From positions 123,504,001 to 123,568,000 of the forward strand of contig NC_043001.1 in the NCBI RefSeq assembly GCF_006345805.1: DNA of 64,000 nucleotides, in the 5' to 3' direction. Source of the DNA: Octopus sinensis. Taxonomy: Eukaryota. Both the position numbers and the translations under genes were made by a program. Shown one piece after another: positions 53,079 to 64,000 of the stretch. The notes beneath the pieces are model-generated. The model saw only the letters and a list, made by a program, of their open reading frames with translations. It was not told the DNA's origin and searched no databases. Position 1 is the stretch's first letter, and each line of letters opens with the position of its first letter.

Positions 53079-53559
53079 TATATTATATATCTATATATAT
53101 ATATATAATATATATACATATATATATATATACATATATATAATATAACTATATATATATTATATATATATATATATGGGGGAGTGGGATATATAGATAG
53201 ATAGATAGATCGATAGAAGATAGATAGATAGATAGATTAGATATTCGGATGTAATGTACACGAGTGCGTATAGTTTATATTGCTGCATGCATATACACCC
53301 ATAAGCACGCTGTGTGAAGTTCAAACATCCTTATTTACATATGTGTTCATGTTTTCGTAATAAAACAAACGCACCTAAATGCGTAAATAACCCCGCGAAA
53401 ACACACGCATACTCAGACACACCCACACGCATAAGCGTAAAACACGCACACGCACTCATACATATAATAATGTATGTATAAGCATATGGATCAAGAATCA
53501 ATATACAAAATAGAAACAGACATTTTAAGGTGTGTCGCTGTGTGTGTGTGTGCGAAGGT

Positions 53560-53603
<44 letters not shown>

Positions 53604-53651
53604 GTTAAGCATCTCGTTCTCTCTCTCTTTCTTTCTTTCTTTTTTCTTTCT

Positions 53652-53688
<37 letters not shown>

Positions 53689-53808
53689 TGTCAATACACA
53701 CACACACACACACATATACATATATATATATGCATACATAAAAACAAGTACAAATTCTCATATAATTAAATGCATATACATATACACAAATATATACATA
53801 TATATACA

Positions 53809-53844
<36 letters not shown>

Positions 53845-54636
53845 CATACATACATATACATACATACATATTTATATATATTTGTATATTTATGAAACAG
53901 AAATCTTTTTCACACATACCCACACATATAAACAAAAAAAGATACCCATAAACGTATATGTACACATGTGTGTATAATTTAAACTGCATGTTCATCGCGG
54001 ACCATGTATACACACACGCATTTCAATGTATATATACACAATTTCAATTAGCAAGAAGCCTTGCTATCTCATTATATATATATTTGTCAGTAACAATTAA
54101 ACTCTGTACATGTGGGTGTATATGTAGAATTATATATATACGTTTATGTGTGTAAGCATGGTTACGAATGTGAATATGCGTATATAAATGTGAAGAAACG
54201 TGCGCGTGCGCGCGTTCGAGCGTTCGTAACAGGACGACAAGCATAGGAAGAGAAAAGGTTATTAAACATGTGATGTTGACTATATACACTCATCGAGCTA
54301 TCGATAACATTGCCCTGATCCTACTAGCTGTTGGCTGTATGATAAGCAAGCACTTGGATGTAATGCTTGCACTCGCGTGCACCAGCTGCCGTAGTAGACT
54401 GTCTGTCTTTCACGTCATGTCGTCATTGGACACACGGATACACGCATGCACACACGAACACATGCACACACACGCACACACGCACACATGCGCACACACA
54501 ACACACGCACATAACATACATCATGCACAATAGATAAATAGATGTGCGCATCGATATATACATACATACATATATATATATTATATAATACATCATATAT
54601 ATAATTTATATATATTTATATACATATATAATTTAT

Positions 54637-54700
<64 letters not shown>

Positions 54701-54843
54701 GATATTATATATATATATATATATATTATATAATAAATAAATATATAATTTTTACTGTATCACAGTTTTTTACGCTAGGCCACATGGTGTTTTAAATTGA
54801 AGTTATTAATTAATATTCAATTTTTTTCACCCTTATTGTGATT

Positions 54844-54881
<38 letters not shown>

Positions 54882-54903
54882 TATAATACATATAATATAT
54901 ATA

Positions 54904-54946
<43 letters not shown>

Positions 54947-55103
54947 ATACATATATATATGTATGAATGCCTTAGATAGATAGATATAGATATAGATATA
55001 TAATGTTTATCTATATCATTATATAAATCTATATAGATTATAGTATATATATTTGTTTTATGTGTATATATGTATGTAATACATGTATATATGTGTGTGC
55101 GTG

Positions 55104-55169
<66 letters not shown>

Positions 55170-55319
55170 ATATATATATATCTATCATCTATCTACCCAT
55201 CTGTCTCTCTATATGTCTGTCCGTTTCTGTCTCTTTCTCTCTTTCTCCCCTCTGAATCTCTGTCTGACTATCTGTCTCTTTCCTCTCTCTCTCTCTCACT
55301 ATATATATATTATATCATA

Positions 55320-55359
<40 letters not shown>

Positions 55360-56055
55360 TATATATATATATATACTATACATATACAGAGAGAGAGAGA
55401 GAGAGCAAGAGAAAGAAAAAAAGGAGAGAGCGGCTAGAGAGAGAGATGGATGGGAGGAAGAGAGCGAGATGAGGAGAGAAACAGTGAATGTGTATGTCCT
55501 TGGCAGAACACATGCAGGAAACTCTTGAGAGAATGATTGCCAAATGCCAAGAGTCGGTAGAGAAGTGCAGCAACCAGGTCTGACGAGCACGTTGCTAGGC
55601 AAATGATGCCAACCCTCGAGGGGTTCGTGCGGCGTTCACTCTGCAGGGATCTCAACGGGCTTAGAATTTAGAGCTAATGTGGGAAAAAAAGGAGGATCAA
55701 ACAATCCATTACTGAAGCTGCAGAGAATGTTACTAGGTGGATTTGGTGAAAAAAAAGGGCAGGCCGTGGTTAGCTGTGACTTGAATGCAAGCTGGAACAT
55801 AATCAACTCGGTAGGTTGGGTGAGAAGGTTTGAGGTTAGGTTGGATGGTCTGAAAGATTTTATGACCCCAGAAACCTTGGAAACCGAAGGAATCCGTGCA
55901 ATATAGCCTGACACAATATATATATTATGTGTGTGTGTGTGTGTGTGGTATGTGTGTGTGTGTGTGTTTGTTTGTGTTTGTGTGTGTATGTTATACACAC
56001 ACATGATATAATGCATAATATATTATATATATAATGTTATATACATATGTATGTA

Positions 56056-56137
<82 letters not shown>

Positions 56138-56164
56138 TATATATATATATGCATATAAACATAC

Positions 56165-56690
56165 ATTCATTTATACAAATATATGCATATGTGGGCACAG
56201 AACATCACGAAACGTGGACAACAAAAAAGTACGAAGCACGAGTACATGGAACATGAACTATTCTTTCGAACAACGAAAGACACAAATGGAAAACAAAACA
56301 AACAACATAAAGACCGACCCTTCATCAGTTGTTGGCTGTTTTTCTAGTCTCGTATTTCGAGCATTTAACAACAATATACGCTTTCGATAAAACAGTTGCT
56401 CCCGCAAAGGAATTTAAATAAAATTTGGGATTTTGCGGAGGGTGAAAATTGGTAACACAAATAGGACAGTGAAAACAAGCAGGAAGGGCTGCTTAGCCGA
56501 AACGAGGTTGTGGTGGCGAACGCGTAAATCAAGCTAGGACAGGCGATCAGAAGAAGAAGTACAGTTTGGATCAAAACACAGTATTTCTTGGATCATTGTT
56601 GCTCGAAACGGCCAGAGGAGTAAATGATATTAAGGAAGAATGACAAGATTTTTCTGATCTCCAGTCGGCTGCTGTCGAGAAGTGTATACA
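56165..56690 (-). mobile_element. Probable Penelope-like non-autonomous remnant
   Basis: Starts at a (TA)n edge with an A/C-rich plus-strand tract followed by CCCTTCATCAG (minus CTGATGAAGGG). Same architecture as the 5.1, 60.3 and 62.4 kb elements. Confidence 0.4.
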
Positions 56691-57132
56691 GCACACATGC
56701 AGATACATACACTAACACATGTAGATACACACGCTGACAAGTACACACATACACATATACACGTACACATACACACATACATACATACATACATACATAC
56801 ATACATACACATACACTATTTATTTATTGACAGCAAACCACAACATACATAGGCGAGACTTAAATCGTGGGCCGCTAGCCTATAGCCTTGTGTGCCGGTG
56901 CCTTAAGGCGGCCCCAATATGTATGAACACACATACGCACACTTACATATATATATATATATATATATATGCACGCACACATACACACACACACTCACAC
57001 AAACACACTCACACACACACACATAGATGTGTGCATATATGTGTGTGTGTACGCATGTACGATTGTAGCTATGTCTGCATATGTAGTGACACATACCCGT
57101 CTCTGTGTGTGTCTCTCTCGCTCTATCTCATC

Positions 57133-57224
<92 letters not shown>

Positions 57225-57529
57225 GGCTGGCTGGCTGGCTGGCTGGCGGCTGGCTGGCTGGCTGTCAGTCTGTCTGTCTTTTATCTTTTTATCATTTACT
57301 CGCTTCTGTCACCGGACAGCGGCCAAGCGGGAGCACCTCCTTAAAGGCTGTAGTCAGACAAATCGTTGCGTCGACAATTGATGATTCGTAAACGCTCCTG
57401 AATGAATTCATAAGTCACCTCCTCGTCACCCTTAGCGCATCCCTTTGAAGGCGTGGGTGGAGTGGGCGTTCATAACCACTGAAAGAAGGACCCCAAATCT
57501 TTTTCCTTTCTTTTATTTTCTTGCTTTAC

Positions 57530-57619
57530 CTGTCTGCGTTGCGAAGTTTTGTAAAATTATTAGCGACACACTCAAATTCTCACGGTCAAGTCGCAGCTCC
57601 TTCTCTCTGCGATAGAAAC
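57530..57619 (-). CDS. Candidate 90-nt symmetric (phase 1-1) exon of an unidentified gene
   Basis: Acceptor TTATAATTCTTCCCTCAG and donor CAG|GTAAAG; open as xFYRREKELRLDRENLSVSLIILQNFATQTx. No family recognised. Confidence 0.3.
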
Positions 57620-57841
57620 CTGAGGGAAGAATTATAAATTGTTGTCTTTGTATTTAGTAACCGAGAGTAGCTAAGATTTCCATGCATAGATTTATATTTT
57701 CGTGGGCATGTTTGAAGACTTGACGTTAAATTCATCTCCCTGACGACAGTGCGCAAGTCAAGTTGTTCTGACTGAAGCATTACATTTATTCCAGTTATAG
57801 CTGTGTGTGTATGTATGTATGTTTCGCCTTTTCTCTCTCTC

Positions 57842-57890
<49 letters not shown>

Positions 57891-57934
57891 ACACACATAC
57901 ACAGACATACACCCACACACATATACATATATAT

Positions 57935-58092
57935 AGGCGTGGGTGTGTGGTAAGACGCGTGCTTGCCAACCACATAGTTCCGGGTTCAGTCCCACTGCAT
58001 GGCACCTTAGGCAAGTGTCTTCTACTATAGTCTCAGGCAGACCAAAGCCTTGTGAGTAGATTTGGTAGGTGGAAAATAAAAGAAGCTCGTCG

Positions 58093-58124
<32 letters not shown>

Positions 58125-58365
58125 TGTATGTATGTAGTATATATATGTGTGTGTGTGTGTGTATGCATGTTTGTTTGTGGGTCTCCCACACCATCGCTTG
58201 ACAACCGATGTTGGTGTGTTTACATCTTCGTAACCTAGCGGTTCGGCAAAATAGACCGATAGAATAAGTACGAGGCGTACAAAGAATAAGTCCTGGTCTT
58301 GGAATCGAATTTTTTCGATAGGAGGCAGTGCTCCAGCATGGCCGCAGGTACATGACTGAAAAAAC
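57935..58365 (+). mobile_element. SINE-B, full length
   Basis: Colinear with 17445-17845; internal (TATG)n/(GT)n. Confidence 0.9.
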
Positions 58366-59387
58366 TAAGGGTAATATAATATGTATATATATTATATATA
58401 TATATATATGAACTCAGAATATGTGTATATGTATTATTTAAAAAAATATATATCTCACAAGCAACAGAGTGACTCGAGGGCCGAGAATTCCGTGCTTTGT
58501 GCACTTAACGCAACGAAACCCTCGATCTTTGAGTCAGTCTGCTGCTTCTGCTTAACGATGATAATAATACGTATATACATTCATAAACATACATACTTAC
58601 AGACAGACACACACACGCACGCACGCACGCACGCAAACACACACACTCATCAATTCTGTCTATTAACTTCTGAGAATGTAGTGGTCCGCTTGTGGATTGC
58701 TGTAAATTGCACTCGCATTTTTCGAGGTGCTAATCTGCGTTTTGAACCACGAATCTACCCACGTGTTTGTGAAGTGAGATTCTTAACCACGTAGCCACAC
58801 CTTCAATGCCTCCACGAGAAAACAATCCATATTTACTGGGTACATTTTTTGCTTAATATTGTACAAGTGCAGCAAAGACGAAAACCTGTATGTGGTAAAA
58901 CGATCTACAAGAAATAGCAGTCAATTTCTATTTTAAATCACAAGATTAAAAGATAAGAACACACGGAATGACGTAGTTCTGCATGCAAGATAAATGTTCG
59001 TAAATGATGGCCATGGATGGAATTCTTTCCGTGAAAAGTCTTTGCAATATCGTGGAACTGACCTTTATCTATCGGCTTCTTTGGGGCATAATTTCAAGGA
59101 GGACTTAGTTGAATGAAGCTTAATACAGTTGCCTCGGTGTGTGTGTGTATACGTACATACATACATACATAAACACACACATATATATTTACCTATATAT
59201 ACATGCATACATATATATGCATATATATATACATACATATATATATATATATATATACATATATATACATATATACATACATATATATCCATATGCACAC
59301 GTATGTACATATATGTGTATGTGTGTGTATGTATATGCACACATATATACATACATATATACATACATACATGCATATTCATGTGCA

Positions 59388-59425
<38 letters not shown>

Positions 59426-59577
59426 CGTGTATATATGTTATGCAAATACAAGTGAGAAATTCAAAATAATACTCACTGCTAAAGAATGAAAACTATTTAT
59501 GTTATTTGAGACTGGTAACTCACGTCTGATAATTTAAATTTTACTGACCGTCCAATGTTGGGCACGCAGTACTAAAA

Positions 59578-59659
59578 CATACATACAACAAACATAATAC
59601 ATACATACACATCACGACATACATACATACCATACATACATGCATACATACATACATAC

Positions 59660-59692
<33 letters not shown>

Positions 59693-60057
59693 CATTCATC
59701 ATACATACATACATACATACATACATACCTACTACGTACATACATACATACATACATACATACATACATACATACATACATACATACATACATACATACA
59801 TACATACGTACGTACGTACATACATACAGACATACTATACATACATTATACTAATATATACATACATACATACAACATACATACATACTACATACATACA
59901 TACATACATACATACATAAATACATACCTACGTACATACATACATACATACATACATACAACACATACATACATACATACATACACACACATACATACAT
60001 ACATACATACATACATACATACATAATACATAAATACATACATACATACATACATAC
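59578..60057. repeat. Long imperfect (CATA)n microsatellite
   Basis: Direct inspection. Confidence 0.95.
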
Positions 60058-60261
60058 CGCATATATATAGGGGAATATTCCTGTATTGTTTGTCTATTAC
60101 TCTGTTATTTGGTTGTTAAAAAAAGTCCGTTTCCTTGTTTGTTTTATGTTTCGTTTCTCGTTGTGTTCTACGTTTATTTGTGGTGTCCTATAATATGTTT
60201 ATATATTATTATATATATATATATATATTATATATATATATATACTATATATATATATATT

Positions 60262-60380
60262 AAGGTATGTAGAAAAATACAACATGGACAAGAAACGATA
60301 AACTCTTAGAAGACGACACAATAAACATGGACAGGACATTCGAACCCCTCAGTCTTCAGTCAAGAACCGGACATCGTAGT
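60262..60380 (-). mobile_element. Short Penelope-like element with hammerhead-like core
   Basis: Minus strand CTGAAGA-CTGAGGGGTTC-GAAT-GTC (60359-60334); homologous to 62353-62490; (TA)n flanks. Confidence 0.55.
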
Positions 60381-60381
60381 A

Positions 60382-60420
<39 letters not shown>

Positions 60421-60519
60421 CAGTATATATACATAGATGTAGGTATGTACATATATGTATATGTATGCATAGTTTTATTTGTTAAATTGTTATAATATAT
60501 ATATATACATAATTATATA

Positions 60520-60574
<55 letters not shown>

Positions 60575-60580
60575 AAATTA

Positions 60581-60647
<67 letters not shown>

Positions 60648-61094
60648 AGATAGATATAGATATATATATATATATCCAACTCTGTCATTGCCTGTCTCCA
60701 GGTCTGCCTGACTGCCTATCCATCCATCTGTCAGTTTGTCTGTCTCTCTGTCTGTAGTTGATGCTTGTCGCTAGAAATGATATGGAAAGGTGGGTCATCG
60801 TAAGGCCGGAAACAAGAAATATATCCGTTTTAGTCATACAACAATCCATTTTCCACCGTGAAACAGCCACGCCCAGAAAATTTCTCCTGATGAATCTCAA
60901 GAAACCAACCCACACCCTTTGTTATATATAAGCGTACAAACACGTCCAACCATCCACACACACACACATACACACACACAGGCACACACACACACACACA
61001 GGCGCAAACACATACACACACACACACATACACATACACATATAGCAATGTGCGTGTATATATGTTTATACATTTACGTGCCTATTCTTTTATG

Positions 61095-61470
61095 CTTTTA
61101 TTCTTTTATGTGTTTCATTCATTCGACTGCGGCCATGCTGGAGCACCACCCTGTAGTCGAACAAATCGACCCCGGGGACTTATTCTTTGCAAGCCTAGGA
61201 CGTATTGAATCATTATGTTTTGCCGAACCGCTAGGTTACGGGGACTTGAACACACCAACATTGGTTGTCAAGCGATGGTGGTGGTGGTGCGGGGGACAAA
61301 CACAGACACAAACACACACATATACGACGGACTTCTTTCAGTTTCCGTCCACCAAGTTCACTCATAAGGCTTTGATCTACCTGAGGCTATAGTAGAAGAC
61401 ACTTCCCCATGGTGCCACGCAGTGGGACCTGAACCCGGAACCGCGTGGTTGGTAAGCAAGCTACTTACCA
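61095..61470 (-). mobile_element. SINE-B, full length
   Basis: Reverse complement of 57935-58365. Confidence 0.9.
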
Positions 61471-61487
61471 CATTACCACACACACCA

Positions 61488-61555
<68 letters not shown>

Positions 61556-61995
61556 ATATATGTATACATACATACATACATACATACATACATGCATACG
61601 TACGTACATACGTATATGATTGTGATTACCGGAGCGCGCGCGCGCGTGTGTGTGTCTGTTAGTTTATATGGATGAATGTGTAGTGTGTACATAAGAATGC
61701 GTAGCTAATATGTATGGGGGCTTAACCCTTGCAATAGTGGTCATACATATCTTAAACTAGGTGAAAAGAATGTAGCTCACCGGCGAATGAAAATGAAATG
61801 TTATTCCTCTATGGATGACAAATTTGTTTACATATATATATGCGATGTGCGTGTGTGTATTTGTTTGTGAGTATGGATACATCCATGCACACACACACAC
61901 ACATACGCACACATAATACACGCATCCATGCATGCATACATACATACTTGCATACACACACATATGTATGCATATATACACGTACATATCTATCC

Positions 61996-62046
<51 letters not shown>

Positions 62047-62128
62047 CATCTATCTATCTATCTATCTATCTGTCTGTATGTCTGTATGTCTGTCTGTCTA
62101 TCTATCTATATATATATATTTATATATC

Positions 62129-62159
<31 letters not shown>

Positions 62160-62352
62160 CTATCTGTCTATCTATCTATCTATCTATCTATACTATCTAT
62201 CTATATATATTATATATATATTTATATATCTATATCTACCTATCTATATATCTATGTATATATATATCATATATATATATTATATATGCACACACGCGCA
62301 CACACACCACTTATACACGCATATGTATACTTATCTAGATATATATATATAT

Positions 62353-62490
62353 ATAGTAAACAGTATAAAATTAAATACAGACATGGACAAGAACAAAAAC
62401 ACCACAGAGACGACACAAGAACCACGGACGGGACATCTCGAAGCCCTCAGTCATCAGTCAAGACCAGATCATCTTAGCAATTTCGGCTGA
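62353..62490 (-). mobile_element. Short Penelope-like element with hammerhead-like core
   Basis: Minus strand CTGATGA-CTGAGGGCTTC-GAGAT-GTC (62457-62430); (TA)n on both flanks. Confidence 0.55.
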
Positions 62491-62943
62491 TATATATATT
62501 ATATATATATATATATATATATGTACGTATACACACATATATCTGTGTTTGTCTTCATCCATGTATGATACACAGCCACCCACCTCCCACACACACATAT
62601 GCATGTATGTATGATCTTCGATCGTATGTAACAACTTTGAATTTTACGTTCCCGTGAATATCAGCAATATGCTGGTATAAGTATGTTGCGCACTTTAATC
62701 CGTGATGTGTTTATGATAACCTAATTTTGAAATGTTCCTTAGGCTATAGATATGCACGCAGCAATTCGATTTCCTGACCTATTCGCTATTACCTTTTTGC
62801 TTGAAGCCATTCTCGCTTCATTTATGCCAGAAACATCGTATAAAACAGTATTGTTTTCGCCCCCATCTCTCCCATCACTAGTGTTTTACTATCTCTGAGC
62901 TGTGTCTGTCTATTAGCATAAATATAACATTTGTGTTCTGGAC

Positions 62944-63039
62944 ATGAATTGTCTTAAATCTTTTTATATTTTATATTGTGTCATATGTCTCAATGACGTT
63001 CTCGCTATAATCCCGGACATGATCGAGTATGCTGAAGAA
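62944..63039 (+). CDS. Candidate first coding exon with signal peptide (secreted or membrane protein)
   Basis: ATG at 62944 gives MNCLKSFYILYCVICLNDVLA-IIPDMIEYAEE, ending at a phase-0 donor GAA|GTAAGC (63040). Hydrophobic core with a V-x-A cleavage-like site. Possible upstream acceptor at 62915-16. Confidence 0.35.
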
Positions 63040-63188
63040 GTAAGCTTTGGAATAACGTGGTTCCGAGTTCGATTTCACTTAGAGGCAATTTCATCCCATT
63101 AATTTTTTTTTTTTGATTGTCACTGTTCACACGGTCAGCCAATGCCTTCTGAGTGCTGTTTGGTAACAGGGAGAATAGAATGGTCCGT

Positions 63189-63278
<90 letters not shown>

Positions 63279-63314
63279 GTGTGTGTGTGTGTGTGTGTGA
63301 TGTGTGTGTGTGTT

Positions 63315-63528
63315 TATACTTTTATCCTTTACTTGTGACTGCGTCAATGCTGCAGCACCGCCTTAAGGGGGTTTTGTCGAAGAATTCGACCCCATAACTT
63401 ATTCTTTGCAGAAGTTTTTCTATCGGGCTCTCTTTGCCGAACTGCTAAGTTACAGGCACGTAAACACACCAACATCAGTTGTCAAGCGATGGTGGGAGGA
63501 CAAACAGACACACACACTCACAAATATA

Positions 63529-63564
<36 letters not shown>

Positions 63565-63735
63565 CATATATATATGACGGGCTTCTTTCAGTTTCCGTCT
63601 ACATAATTCACTCACAAGGCATTAATCGGCTTGAGGCTATCGTAGAAGACACTTGCACAAGGTGCCACGCAGTAAGAATGAATCTGGAACCATATGGTTG
63701 GGATGCAAGCTTCTTGCCACATAGCCCCGCCTGCG
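63315..63735 (-). mobile_element. SINE-B, full length
   Basis: Reverse complement of 57935-58365. Confidence 0.9.
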
Positions 63736-64000
63736 CCGTATGTGTGTGTGTGTGTGTACACAATATTCGCATGCTTCAGAATAAGGTTTTAGACAAGCAT
63801 AGAACGCACTATAAATCATTGTATGACAGCGAATCACAATTTCCTATATATTTAAATGCTTTCCAAAATAAGCATACACTTCATTAGATGGCTCCGACGC
63901 AGCTAAAAACTGTTGCACAAGCACTCAGATCTTAGTGCACTGCTTTTCATAGCAGAAACGCATGTAGGCTAATGAATTTGATTACTTAATTCTTGTTTCT

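Noticed and set aside
60887-60905. CTGATGA-ATCTCAA-GAAAC
   Set aside because: No stem II or GUH-containing stem III; excluded from the hammerhead list.

Overview
Eukaryotic, AT-rich, non-coding DNA that is very rich in microsatellites and interspersed repeats. The SINE families and repeat landscape suggest an octopus (coleoid cephalopod) genome; this is an inference, no search was run. No complete protein-coding gene is visible, and almost all ORF-track entries are translations of (TA)n/(CA)n/(GATA)n/(CATA)n arrays. Supported mobile elements: (i) a 5'-truncated Tx1/L1-clade LINE (29067-31791, minus) with RT YADD and a C-terminal zinc knuckle, embedded in a (GATA)n array and capped by a perfect 35-bp fold-back; (ii) decayed CR1-group and RTE LINE fragments, a decayed Tc1 transposon, a mariner MITE, an 8-bp-TSD MITE with GG termini and a non-autonomous Helitron; (iii) many copies of three tRNA-derived SINE families, here labelled A, B and C; (iv) numerous short Penelope-like (pLTR-type) remnants carrying minimal type-I hammerhead ribozyme motifs, the best-formed at 13671-13727. 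Most notable observations: the hammerhead-bearing elements, apparent microsatellite targeting by the Tx1 element, and about 75% identity over about 50 nt between the Tx1 3' terminus and an alternative SINE-C 3' tail. A few isolated candidate exons exist but cannot be assigned to a gene. Repeat boundaries are approximate unless a TSD or TIR is quoted.
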